Part shown: in pieces, positions 38,127 through 50,535 of the stretch
Layout: the number at the start of each line of letters is the position of its first letter
Numbering within the stretch: the stretch's first letter is position 1
Assembly (NCBI RefSeq): GCF_025526975.1
Contig: NW_026515683.1
Coordinates: forward strand, 62,001 to 126,000
Direction: 5' to 3'
Length of the DNA stretch: 64,000 nt
Source of the DNA: Fimicolochytrium jonesii
Taxonomy: Eukaryota
Program-made: the position numbers and the translations under genes
Notes under the pieces: generated by a model
What the model saw: the letters and a program-made list of their open reading frames with translations, nothing else
Databases searched by the model: none
Told to the model about the DNA's origin: nothing

Positions 38127-39751
38127 ATGGCAAACGAGCACCCATCCCGCGGCGTCAAGCGGCCCCGAACCTCGAAGAAACGAGCACCTCCACCGTCCGA
38201 CGACGAGCATGCAGTTGAGGAGCAAAATATTTCAGAAGAAGGAGGACCGGGCCCTTCCCTTCAGGACGTGGATCTGGTTGAGGAGGGGAGCACTGCTAAG
38301 GAACGAGGACCCGACCCGTCCGACGACGAGTCTCTTATCGAGGAGCAGAATACCGGACGGCCGGAACCGTCGGACGACGAGGACGTAGTAGTGGACATGG
38401 AGACCTCCTCAGCAGCGTCGAAAAAGCCCAGACTATCATTCCTCCCTTCCATCCCCGCCGCAACCGTAAAAGCCCGCGTCGCGACAATATCCGGCTGGGT
38501 CCTCCAACACCTCGCCCACCGCATGGGCCCCACCGTCCCAACCCGGTCACTCAAATTGTACGCACGGCTAGCCGGCGACCTCCTCCCGCTCGCCGGCCCC
38601 GAATGGGCCGAGGAGGCCGCAGAACCTGATAATGGCGAGTTTACGCACGATTCGCTCACACCCGCTCTTCTGGACGTGCGGACGCAGCTGGTGCTGTTGG
38701 CGGATACACTGGCAACTGATGCGGAAGCGATGGGGACGGCGGTGCAGTTGCTGACGATGGCGCTGTGTAGCCTTGAACTTGTGCGGCGGGAGAGTTTGAA
38801 ATCGTTGTTGGCGAACCAGGCCGGGCGGTATGAGAGTGAAGACGATGAGGAGTTTGCGAAGGTTGTAAGGGAGTCGTTGAAAGCGGAAAGTAGCGGGTTG
38901 GAGAAGACGTACGAGACTGTTGTTTTGGCGTTGAGGAAGGCGTGTGTTCTCCGGTTCTTGGCGGCGAGTTGGGCTGCGTTTTGTAAGACGTCGCCCGGGG
39001 CAGATGAGGAGGCACAATCACCAAGCGAGTTTCCAGCAATGCACGCACTAGCCCTTCTCAATATCGTGTTCCCACCCACATTACCACCGAAATGGCATGG
39101 GGCGCCAATTACGATAAAGCAACATCATATACCCACTGTGAAGCTGTTCCACACAAGTCAACAAGCCCATGCGATGCGGTTGGAACTGTTCGAGGTAATT
39201 GATGCGCTGGACGCAGCTGCAGAGGCCTCGCAAGCGGAAACAGCGGAGGTTATCATTGTCCATGATGACGGCGCATCTTCAACCGCCGCCGCCGACAATG
39301 CTACATCATTGAAACCTGTTCATCAGACCATGCTCACCAATGCGCCGCGGGATTGGAACGAAGCTCGAGAGAAGGCGTGGAAATACATATCCACCGCCCA
39401 GGAGTTTCGCGAAAGGATGAGCGATATGAGCCCGCCGTCAGCGTCGGAAAGTGAGGCGCAGAAGAATGGGAATCGGCGAGAGTCGGACGTACGGCATGTG
39501 GAGGTAGATGGCACCACTACGCTGGAGAAGGTAGGAAACCCGGCGTGCTAATTTCAACTTTTTTTTTTCTTGCATTGGCGCTTGTTTGACTGAACTTCGG
39601 ACCTTTTTGAAAGATCCTGCAACAGGCCCAATTAGAAGACGACGAACATCAAATGGAAGCTGAGCCTCGGCCACCACAGTTCGAGGAGTCAGAAGCAGAG
39701 GATTATGGATATGAGAAGAGTCGAGCAACCGAGTCGACGAACGAGGCTTAA
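38127..39751 (+). CDS. Hypothetical protein (~510 aa) with N-terminal NLS-like and PSDDE repeats and a helical core; one intron ~39531-39613
   Basis: Long ORF, GT donor at 39531 and an in-frame terminal exon ending TAA at 39751. No family recognised. Confidence 0.7.
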
Positions 39752-40199
39752 TGGAGATAGGAAAAAGCGTAGTCCCAGATGCAGGGCCTTAGGAATACTG
39801 GCCATCAATCATGGCTTGAAAGTCGATACGCTAGATTATGTAGAACATTTTTGCGGCGTACGTTGAGGTCAGATGTGGAGTGAAATACAGATCTGTTGAT
39901 TCTTGAATGGAGAACCTATGGCAAGGATTCCGGCCCGGTCTTGTCCCCCCTGTTCAACCGTGCCAGGATCATCCCACATTCCCATGAGCGACCAGAAAAT
40001 GTTCCTAGGTAAGTCTTATTGATTGATCAAGTGGTGGAATATGGTATCTCGTTTACTAGACAGCTATGGCCTTCTAGCGAATTTGTAGTTGGGAGCTGGG
40101 AAATGCTTGCCTCCCTTTCACACGACCATTGAAGAGCAGGTGGCTGTTTCCGCATGCACTGCCGTCGTATCATCAATTTCTTGAACAGGGAAGAGCCGC

Positions 40200-40882
40200 C
40201 TATTGCGATCGCCCCTTGTTGCCGAAGTATTCCCACTGTCCCTCTGGCGCAGGCTCCTCTAAAGGCTCCCATACCTAAGATTGCAGGAGAAAGGGACGTC
40301 AAGATCAAAGCTTCACTCTGAACAAAAGCTCCAGCCGACCGCCCATACCTTGTACTTGAACATCTCAGGCAACAGCCTCAACTCGTGTTCCGCCGCCACA
40401 ATCAGCTCCTCAATCTGGCCTGCATCCAGCTGCTTCTCGATCGCTGCCGTGTCCTCATTCTTCTCTACAACTTCGAGACGATGGCGAGCGAGGGCTTCCG
40501 CGGACTGACGATATGCTGCAGAGGCGGGAACGCGCTCGAGGGAGTGGAGGAGACGTTGGTAGAGAGAGATGAGGTGCGGTCTAGGGTTGGGGTGAACGGC
40601 TAGACCGTAAAGGCCGGTTGTCTGGATGTAGGGAATGCACAATTAGCAAGAGATATCATAGAAAGCGTTGTGACCACGGACTTGCAAGCACATCACAAGT
40701 CGATGGCAGGGCAAAGACGTGCTTGGAGCCCATTCACTGCCGTGTTCTCCCACCCCAGACGTCTCGGGGACCCAATGTGCTCCAAGTCTCAATCGCGGTC
40801 GCAGCCTGCGGGGCGTAGCAACCGTCCTGATACGTACCTCCTTCAGCTTGACGGCCTGGAGCAGTGGTCTGTAGAGCCTCAT
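40200..40882 (-). CDS. NDUFA5: Complex I subunit NDUFA5 (B13); introns 40837-40622 and 40348-40275
   Basis: TTGLYGLAVHPNPRPHLISLYQRLL..VPASAAYRQSAEAL..IEKQLDAGQIEELIVAAEHELRL..KVWEPLEEPAPEGQWEYF. Confidence 0.96.
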
Positions 40883-41186
40883 GGTGGAGTCGGTGTTGCG
40901 GGATATCGAGTCGTCTTTAGGAGCACTGTCCAACGTTCAACTTCAACTCAGCGTGGGAAAACTTGTTCCAGACTCCAGGACGCGCTGCTTGACAGGCTGA
41001 AGAGGAAGGGAAAAAGACCCCGTCCTGAGTGGGGAATTCAGACAGTCCTCCAGCGTTTGGGCGGAACGACGACGACGACGCAATTTTACCCTTGGACAGT
41101 CACATTCCTTTGACCCCAAGATCAAGGCCCTGCTACCAAGTCGCCCTTGCCCCCCCCTTTGCGGTCGCATACTCCGGCCGTCTGAC

Positions 41187-44100
41187 ATGACAAACCCCCC
41201 AGCCGTTAACGGTGAGTGGCTCAGAAAGTCTGATCGCCTCGTACTGGTATTGTGCTGTTAGGCAGGAGGTACTTGCGCATGTCTAGCGCATATATACAGC
41301 TTTCAGCCGAACTGCAGTACCTTGTCTGTCGCAACTTTTTGGGCCAGCTGTCGAAGGGTGTTTGGGGGAAACTATAACTACGCTCAGCTATGCGTCAAAT
41401 TGGACTGTCAGCTGTCGAAGCGAAAGGTGATTCCTGTCGTTGACTTCTCTTCTCTCCCACGTCGGTCCCTTCCTTTGCTCAAAAGGCCATGCGGTCTCAG
41501 CAAGCTCCGGCGTAGCCGACTACAGTGCTCTTTTGAATCACCTTATCGATCACGAAGTTGTCGATCAGCACAAACGGGACGCTCGTATTATCATCGACGT
41601 CCTGCGATCACAAGGCCAGTCTGACGAGGAAATTTGGCATACACTCTGTCAAGCTAGGTGCGTCCTATCTCTCATACACGGAGTGGACGGAGGACTGATG
41701 GCACACGTTGGCAGGAATAGTTTGGGAGGGGTAAGCAGACCTCCGCTGACTTCGCACAATGCAAAGATGGGCAATAGCTTAGTCAATGGCACGGCGAACG
41801 GGGTGGAAAAGGGGAACAACGCATCGGCTGCTGCCAGACGGTCTATTCCCGGAACAGCGACGGCCTCCGGCGCCGCCGTCCCATCACGTGACATTCAAAG
41901 ACCGACTCCTGAACAAAGCCTTCACTCGCTTGTGGCCGCGGCGTCCGAGGCGAGGGCTGCCTCGGCAGGTTCAAGCAATGGCATCAATGGGTCTACGAGC
42001 TTCAGGTCGGCACCTACCCATGCCGGTTCTTCCGCAAGTCAACCTCCCACAGACAAGTCTCACGATCTTCGAGCGCCTCCTACTCAAGCCCCTGGATCTC
42101 CTGGGATTTCAGTTTCACGTCTTCCCCATGCGGACGCACCCAGGACAAGCATGGCGGTCGCATCACTGGATAGGTCTTCACAGTCTATCGCGCCATCAAG
42201 CCATTCGGAAGGTTCTGAAGGTCCTGCAGTAAGACACATATCCCCGAATCGACCCCCGCCGCCGCATGGGAGGGCTTTTGAAGTTACAGTTCAGCCGGTC
42301 CGAAGCTCGCAAGTTTCTCGCGCCCTGCCCCCTCCTCCGCAGCTACCAAGACCTCTCCCTGGCCGTCCAATGGCGGGGAGTCCGGGAGTGAGATCGATGG
42401 ACACATCCCCCGCGCGGGAAGCGGATCCCGCTTTCACCAAGACATCGTCGTCTACACCCTCTGTGATCGGCAACGTGTCGAGCACCATGGAGGTGTCGAG
42501 CTCTATGATGCATTCTAAACCGGCTCCTGTGATCCCGCCGGCTTCTACCGGAAGTCAGGGGCTCAGATCCATGTCACCTGTGAAGACGAGTAGAGCAATA
42601 AGGACGACCGAAAGCGAGGAGCTTGCTGCCGAACAGAGAAGGATCGAGGCGGAGCTGGAGCAAGCCAAGAAAGAACAAGAGGCTCGTCGAGAATCTCGCG
42701 AACGTGTAAAGCAAGCTAGGGAAGAAGCCAGAGCCGCGGCCCAGGAGCTTGAACGATTGCGCGTGGTTGAGCGTCGTAATCGGGAAGCGCAGCAAGCCCT
42801 TGAGGACGCTGAAGCCGACTGGCAGAGAGCGGAACAGGAGATCGAGCGTCATGAGGCGGAGCTACGAATCAAGCAACAGGAACTTGAGCAACGAAAGCAA
42901 GGTTTCGATTCACTAAAGCAAGGTGTCAAACGCAAGACCACTGCGACGCCAACCCCGGTGGACGTGGACGCGATGGTTACTGCACCCTCTGGGGCGGTGA
43001 CCTCAAGTGAAGCTTTGAGGAGCCCCCAAGATCCCGAAGGGCGAGACGCCACCAAAAAGCGCAAGGTTGACGACGGAGAACGGTCTGTCCTCAGACCTCA
43101 AAGCTTCCAACCGGTGAATACCGAGATGATGGGAGATGACGATGACGATGAAGTTGGCTATGTATCACGTGGCCCCATCAAGATCAGCCTGCGATCTTCT
43201 CAACGATCCGCGCTGCAAGGTACCCCGTTGCCAGTTCGCGCTCCGGTCTTGCCACCACCGTCCCAGCCTGTGGTGCAATCAGCTGTCGGGCGCCCCTCGC
43301 AACCAGTTTCTGCGCAGCCTGGGACAACTTCGCAACCCATGTCGGTGTCGTCTTCTCAAGCACCGTCACCATCGCATGCCGTACAGACATCGTCTTCGTC
43401 TCCAGATGCGGTTAGACGAGCCGAGCAAGCTGCGTCCCAGAAGAAACGCGAGGCCGAAGTCAGAGCATCTATAGCTCGGGACGCCGAAAGGAAACGAGCC
43501 ATGGAAGCTGAAGCCGCTCTAGATTACAGGAAACGGGCCATGGATGCCGAAGCTGCTGCTGCCGTAGAAAGGAAACGGGCTATGGAAGCACACGCCGCAG
43601 CTCAAAGGAAAGGGGCGATGGAAGCGGAAGCCGCTGCAGCTGAGAAGCAACGGGTTATGAAAGCCTCAGCCGCTATATTAGAGAAGAAAGTGATGACAGA
43701 GCAAGCCGCTACAGCCGAGATGAAGAAAGGGCTCATTGAAACCCAAGCTGCTGCAGCGAAGGCCAGCGCGGTACCCTCGTCATCGACTCCAGTGCCATCC
43801 CGGATCACAACCAAGACGCCTCAGCTGATCGCTCAGCCTTTCGTTATCCCAGACGAGGACGGCTCAAGCATTCCCCGCTCACACATAGCTGAGAGTATAT
43901 CACCCTACACCCCAGTAATTGATGGACGTCGTCAGTCCAGCGCAAAGACGGCTAATATTTATCAATCGCTGAGCGCCAGCGTGACTCAAAATCGGAAGAA
44001 ACGAGAGTCTATCGCCTCGGCTGGTCTACCAGCATCCCCGATGAAGATCTCGGAGCCAATCGTTATTGATGATGATGAGCCCAGCCCGTCCCGATCTACG

Positions 44101-47100
44101 ACGGGGAACGGCGCCCCGCACGCAGCACCAATCACTTACAATGTACCGAAGTGGCAAAGCGAGGTTAGCACCGCCCTTCAAAGAATTGTTTCGCTCAATA
44201 CGTTCCAACAAAGATCGGAGCAATCAGGGGACAGGAAGCCTTCAGGCGCTGGGTCGATTGCACCGGAACAACTCAAGGTCGACAAGACAGCAACGCCAGG
44301 GTTGAACGTGAAAGATTTGGCTCGATCAGTGCAGGAGGCTAAGGAGCATGCTTTGAGGGCCGAAGCTACCCGCAAAGCAACTGAAGCCCAGCAACGGGAG
44401 CGCCAAGCCGAGGAAGTTCGGAAAGCGGCTGACGAACGCCGGAAGCAGCAAGAAGACGAAGCCCGGAAGATTCGCGAGTTGCTCGAACGTCAAAAGCGTG
44501 AGATTGCGGAACGTAAAGAACGTGAGGCCAAAGAAGCTCTCGAGCGCGAAGAAGAAGCACGCAGACGCGCCGAAGCCGAGAAGGAAGAGCAGCGGAAGCG
44601 AGAAGAAGCGCGAAAGAAACGACAAGAAGAGGAGCGCAAAAAAGAAGAGGCTGAACTCAAGCGGCGGTTGGCGATTGTCAACAAGCAGCGCGAGGAGGCC
44701 CTCGAAAGGCAGCGTCGTGAAGAGCAGGCAAAGATTCAACGCGAGGAAGAAGAGCGTCAAGCTCGGCTGAAGAAGGAGAAGGAGGAAGCTGCGCGGAAGG
44801 AGGCGGAACGGATCGAGAGGGATACTCGTCAGCGTGAAGAGTCCGAACGCAAACTGCGGGAGCAGAAATTGAAGGAAGAGGCTGCCTTGAAAGAGCGCGA
44901 AGAGGCGGAACGAAAAGCGCAGGAACTGCGTCAGCGCGAAGAGGCCGAATGCAAACTGCGGGAGGAAGCGGAAATGAGAGAACGCGAGGCGCGCCTGCTG
45001 GCAGAAGAAGCAATCCGCAAAGCGCAGAAAGCACAGGAAGCCCTACGCCAAGAAACAGAACGCAAATTGCGGGAGCAGCAACAGAAACAAGAAGCTGAGC
45101 TCCGGAGGCAAGAGCGCGAAGAAAAAGAGCGTAAGGAAAGGGAAAAGCTCGCTCGTGAAGAAGCGGAACGCAAATGGCGGGAGGAGCAGCAGAAGCTGGA
45201 GCTCCAAAAGCAGGAGCGGGAGGAAGGAGAGCGCAAGGAAAGGGAAAAGCTTGCTCGCGAAGAGGCAGAGTGCCAAGCTCGTGAGCTACGGGAACGTCAG
45301 GAAGCAGAGGAGGCAAAGCGTCTGGCACGCGAAGAAGCCGAGCGAAAGGCGCGCCCTGATGCTGCGATGAAGAAAGCGCAGGAGGAGGAGACGCGGAGGA
45401 GGGTGAAGGCCGATCAACAACGTGTGCAAGAGGAGGAGGCACGAAGACGCGAAGGGGAAGCTCGAGAAGCTCAGAAGCGAGAAGAAGCGACCAGAATCGA
45501 GCGCGAAAAGGCTGAAGCAGCCGCACGTAAGCGGGAGCAAGATGAAATCAAGAAGCTAGAGTTGCAAGAAGCTCTCCGCAGGAATCGAGACGCGGACGCT
45601 GCTCGGAAGCCACCGCACGACCAGGCTCGCAAAGAAGCTGAGAGGATGAGAGCGAACCTACTGCGACAATCGACAAAGTCCCAGTCGGCCTCACCCGCAT
45701 TGGCACCCGTTCCGGCACCCGCTCAGTCCCGAACAATGGCAGAACCTGAACGACTCGCCTTAGAGCTCAGGCAAAAGCTGTTGGTTAAGAAAGCGTCGAA
45801 AAGCGGGACGCCTGTCACGTCTCCTTCTAAGGACGCGAAAGATTCCGGGGCTAACGCTTCGCAAGTTGACGCCGAGCTCAACGCGATTCTCCAACGTGTC
45901 AACGCGCCGAGGCGATACAAGCTGAGAGATGACTTGGAGGACGGGGAAATACCGGATTCCAGCAACGCCTCTGCGAAGGGTCAGGATTCGGCTGAGCATT
46001 CCCCTACTCATTCGCCCATGATCTCTCGCGCAGTTCTCAAGGTGAGCTCAAACTCGGCGGGTAAGAAGCCTGCGTTTCAATCGTCTCTTCGGACCAATGC
46101 TCCTGGGCCGTCTTCGAAGCTACATTCTGCCGCGTCGTCGCCAGAAAGGATCGTCACTGGCAAACCTGATGCGCAAGGTGAGCGTCAGTTGTTCAAGCCG
46201 TTGGTGGGTGTGTCGTACGTGGGCGCGGAAGCCTCTCAATTTTTCAAATCCCTGTATTGCCTGAATTGTAGATGAACCTGCGGTGAAGAACGAAAGCAAC
46301 CCCAGCACGCCACTTACTCATGCTGTTCAGACTCCGGCCAAGCAAGAGATGGGCTCTGCAGAGGAGAACAATCAAGCCGTCGTTCGATTTGCCACCACGG
46401 TAGATGCTCCGCGTGTGCCATATCCGCCGATGGTCAATCACCCACTTGTGCCTTTCGGTCATTTCGGAGCTCCTGTCCATCATAGTCAGTCAATGCCACT
46501 TGGTCTTGATCCCGCCGGCCTCCAGCAGCTGTTGAACGTGGTACCACTGGAAAGCCGCCAAACGTTCTTGGCCACCCTTCATCAAGAACACATCCGTACG
46601 GTCGCGCGGCAAGCGGAGGAGCGAGCGCGGCAGCAATGGGATCAAATGTACGGACACCTTTTTTCGGGTTCAACGTCAAGCACAGCTCAGCAACCGGGAC
46701 AACCGCCAATGTCCGGCGCTTCGTCACCACCGACTGATGTCCCAACCATGCCAACCGCGTCAATAGGAGGACGACCCACTTTCCAACCGGCTGGAAACCC
46801 GAATGGCCCTTCCGCGCCTCTAACGAATACAGGTGGAGTGCAAGGTAGCGCACTAGGTAGCCATTCTATGCTTCCCGCACCAGTTGTTCCCGGCTCTATG
46901 GGGGGAATGGCAGGGATTCCCGCTAATGCAGTTTTAGGAGGAGGAGGATTTAGTGCGGCACCACCACTCCAGTTCAATCCGCCGTGGGCGCCACCACCAC
47001 CGCACCATCAAGCGTGGCCAGCCCATATGATGGCAACGCCCGCGCATGCGAAGCACCCTGATACCAGGAGTGGCGTCTTCACCTTTTCCCCCATGTCACA

Positions 47101-47359
47101 AGTGGACTCGCCGCTACTCGCCAACGCCAATGCCACAACATCGGCACAAGCTTACTCACCCGCTTTCGGCAATCATGCGGTGTCGTCAAATCAAGGAAAT
47201 GGCGAGCCTGGGTTTTCACCAGCAGAGTCCGTTAGTGGCACAGCTACTGCTGCGCCGAGAAATGTAGTCGGTGAAGACCCGGACGTGATAGCGGGGATCG
47301 CTGGGCGATTGAAATTTGTCAAGCAACATGCTGGTCAAAAGAAGACTGAGGGGCAGTGA
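41187..47359 (+). CDS. Very large (~1950 aa) low-complexity protein with an E/R/K-rich single-alpha-helix/coiled-coil region and an EDGEI motif; 5' exons uncertain
   Basis: 1611-codon ORF joined in phase via intron 46178-46271 to a 358-codon ORF. E/R/K-rich tract at ~44330-45660. The ATG at 41187 is followed by a GTGAGT donor, but I could not resolve how it links to the main ORF. Confidence 0.75.
43486..43750 (+). repeat. ~39-nt (13-aa) coding tandem repeat ERKRAMEAEAAAA, about 6-7 copies
   Basis: aggaaacgagccatggaagctgaagcc / aggaaacgggccatggatgccgaagct / aggaaacgggctatggaagcacacgcc / aggaaaggggcgatggaagcggaagcc and more degenerate copies. Confidence 0.85.
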
Positions 47360-47916
47360 GAGAGAAAGACAAAAGAAAACGAAGAAGATGCGACTACGAC
47401 GCTCCGATAGAAGATGACCGCTCTCATGAGGGTTCGCGTACAGCTCATTGGGAGTTGGCCGTCCCTTGTGATATCTCCTCCTACTGATGGAGACAACCGT
47501 CTCCTTTATGTCTGCCGAATGTTTACCGTATGTCGTGGAATGAGCTCTTTTGGATCGCACCCAAACCCCTGTGTATGTATATAGATGTGCTTTTTTATTT
47601 TGTACGGTGTCATGTATATCGAATGGGCTTGAGCCTTTTGCTTAGGAGTTGAAGCATGACGATGTTCAAAAATGTTTCTGAACGAGGTGGCCTCCATATG
47701 CAGTTAGGCAACTGTACGTACAGTATATCTGCTCCAAACAAAGTGTCGAAATAGCGTCATGCTGCTGACGTAAAGTCGCGCATTGCAAAAGACCCGGTCT
47801 CAGAAATTCGCAGTTTCTCGTTTTCCTTCCCTTTCAGAAACAGCTCGCAGTACGGGCCTGCACCCAACTCATACGCAACTCCAACAACGCTTACACTTCC
47901 ACTCCTCACCCAAAAC

Positions 47917-50214
47917 ATGGGTGAAGAAGCAGCTGTCCCCGACTGGTTCAACCAGATCCTCTCAAACATAGTCCCCGCGGAAGAGGCCGCCTTACCCAAC
48001 CCAGCACCCGAATTCGAGTCCAAACAGCCCGACACAGAAGACACACTCCTCTCTTCTCTCTTCGCGGTAGATACCCGCCCCTCCGTGGAGAATATCAACG
48101 CGGATTATCATGATGTTGAGGCGTATAATGAGGCGTTGCCGTTTATGGGTATGGAGGATGGAGCGGGAGTGAATGCTGGGAATGGAGGCAATGAGGGGGT
48201 TGAGGATATCAGTGATGATGAGAGAGAGGAGGTGGTGGTTGGAGAGGTGGTGGAGGTCGGAGAGGTGGTGGAGGAGAATGGATTTGTGGGCACCGGTTTG
48301 GAGGGACTGGAAGACGTCCCGGCAACGGTTGCGACTTCTGTACTGGTTCAGGGACAGGAAGTGCTGGATGTAGTGACTCCGGTGGTGATGGATGTATCGG
48401 ACGGGACAACGACGATGACGATGGAGGAGGTCAAGCTCGAGGCGGCGCAATTTGGTTTAGGGGCGGACACAGTTCCAGTGATTGTGGAAACGACGACAAC
48501 GGTGGTTGAGCGAGAGATCAAGACTGAGTCAGTGCAGCCTATGGAAGGTGTGGTCATTGAGGAAGCTGTGGAGGAGAAGGTCAAGGCGGAACCAGAGACG
48601 GGAGCACAACCATCATCAACTCCCACAGAGGTGCAGGAAACCCCAGCCTCAAACGACCACAAATCCGACACAGAAGCCGAAAGCGACAAACCTGACAGCG
48701 ATTTCGAATTCAGCGACTCCTCGGACGACGAGTCGGACGCCGGCCCCACCCTCACCCCCGCCGAGCGCGAAAAGCTGCTCCAATCCATGGACGCCCACCC
48801 GGAAGACCCCGCCGACAATCCCTCCACCCTGCGCACAAAGAACGAAGTCGCCAAACTGCCCCCCGTGGAACCCATCACCGAGCCCATCCCCGAAGCAGCC
48901 ACGTTGGCCGTCATCGGGCAGATACATTCGATCGTCAACGATTTATTGATCATACAGGCGCCCGTCAACGCGGACCCGGAAACGGCGTTGGATGTCGAAA
49001 CGGTGCTGGTGACAGCGACAAGACAGCCGATCGGCAAGATCTTTGATACTTTCGGTCCCGTCGCACGCCCGTTCTACTCCGTGCGTTTCAACACCCCGGC
49101 GGACATCGCGGCCCTTAACATCCCCATCGGCACCGACATCTTCGTGCCCAAACTCCCCGGGTTACAAAAGGTGGTGTTTACGAGGGTGTTGAAGAGTATG
49201 AAGGGGAGTGATGCGAGTAATATATATGATGAGGAGGTTGCGGAGGATGAGATGGAGTTTTCGGATGATGAGATGGAGATGGAGCATAGGCGGCAGGTGA
49301 AACAGGGGAGGAAGAGGAAGAGGGGGGATGCTGTGGGGGGTGAGGAAGGGGAGGAGACCCAACCGGATGTGCCGCCGGAGATTAGTGATAGCGCGGAGTA
49401 CATACTGAATGTCAGGCCGGTGGGGGGCAGGGGACGGGGACGCGGGAGGGGGGATGCGGGTGGTGTGCATAGGGACGGGGGAAGGGAGAGCGGGAGTGGA
49501 CAGCAGCAGCAGCAGCAGCACAGTGGGTATGCTGCTGGGAATTTGGGCGGACGGGGTGGACGCGGCGGGACGTGGAACCGCGGGCGTGGGGATGGAGGTG
49601 CACCGTCGAGGGGTGGCTACAGACAACAACAGCAGCAGGGACAGGGATACCCACAACAACAGCAGCAGCAGCAGAATAGGCAACCGTATCAACAGCAGCA
49701 ACAGCCGTATGGGATGCAGGGGTACATGCAACGGCCGCAACAACACCGACAAGGGCAGGCCCCGTCTTACCCACAAGCGAATTTCGCTGGCCAGCAACAA
49801 CAGCAAATGCCCTTCGGAGCGCAGGCAGGCTACAACCCCGCCCAAGTCGCCATGGCGGCTCTCAATCTCCTCCAACAACAACAACAACAGGCTCAAATGC
49901 GTGGTGGATACGGTGGTCATCAACAACCCACGCAACACGGCGGCCAACAACAACAACCACAGCCGTTTGCGAATATGTATGGGAATCAGCAAGGTGGCTT
50001 CAATACGCAGCAAGGGTTTGATCTGGCGGGTATGATGGGGTTGATGCAGAGGGCGATGCAGGGGGGTGCGGGGATGGGGAATATGGTGGGGCAAGGGTTT
50101 CCTCAGCAGCCAGCACAGCAGCAGCAGCAGCAGCAGGGAGGAGCGGGGCAGGGGCACCACCAGTATGGTCAACAGGGGCAGCAGGGGGAGCAGGGGCAGA
50201 GGGGGGGTCAGTAG
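47917..50214 (+). CDS. NAF1: H/ACA RNP assembly factor Naf1 (Gar1/Naf1 domain) with RGG and Q/G-rich tail; intronless
   Basis: LRTKNEV, IGQIHSIVNDLLIIQA, GKIFDTFGPVARPFYSVRF, KGSDASNIYDEEVAEDEMEFSDDEME. Confidence 0.93.
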   Translation: MGEEAAVPDWFNQILSNIVPAEEAALPNPAPEFESKQPDTEDTLLSSLFAVDTRPSVENINADYHDVEAYNEALPFMGMEDGAGVNAGNGGNEGVEDISDDEREEVVVGEVVEVGEVVEENGFVGTGLEGLEDVPATVATSVLVQGQEVLDVVTPVVMDVSDGTTTMTMEEVKLEAAQFGLGADTVPVIVETTTTVVEREIKTESVQPMEGVVIEEAVEEKVKAEPETGAQPSSTPTEVQETPASNDHKSDTEAESDKPDSDFEFSDSSDDESDAGPTLTPAEREKLLQSMDAHPEDPADNPSTLRTKNEVAKLPPVEPITEPIPEAATLAVIGQIHSIVNDLLIIQAPVNADPETALDVETVLVTATRQPIGKIFDTFGPVARPFYSVRFNTPADIAALNIPIGTDIFVPKLPGLQKVVFTRVLKSMKGSDASNIYDEEVAEDEMEFSDDEMEMEHRRQVKQGRKRKRGDAVGGEEGEETQPDVPPEISDSAEYILNVRPVGGRGRGRGRGDAGGVHRDGGRESGSGQQQQQQHSGYAAGNLGGRGGRGGTWNRGRGDGGAPSRGGYRQQQQQGQGYPQQQQQQQNRQPYQQQQQPYGMQGYMQRPQQHRQGQAPSYPQANFAGQQQQQMPFGAQAGYNPAQVAMAALNLLQQQQQQAQMRGGYGGHQQPTQHGGQQQQPQPFANMYGNQQGGFNTQQGFDLAGMMGLMQRAMQGGAGMGNMVGQGFPQQPAQQQQQQQGGAGQGHHQYGQQGQQGEQGQRGGQ

Positions 50215-50535
50215 GGCGAGGCAAACCGTGAATGGATAGGGAGATAGGGTAGGGCATAAGGTATAAGGTAGTGAGATTATGAATTGGATAGCGGGTGTAC
50301 GTATTGTACAGTAGGGGCGTTCAGCATATGGGCATTGGCGCTAGGGTTCAGGTTATGATATAGCAAAACCAATGTAATTTAAAGAATATGTAGGTGAAAA
50401 GAGAAGATGAAGGGTTTTGTGATTCAAAAAGGAGAATAAATCGAGAGTGATCCGGTATCCCAGTGAGCGCGAGAAAAGCCTGGAGTTCATCTCATCAAAT
50501 TCTCACTAACTATGTGTTGGGTCCCCACGCGTTCA

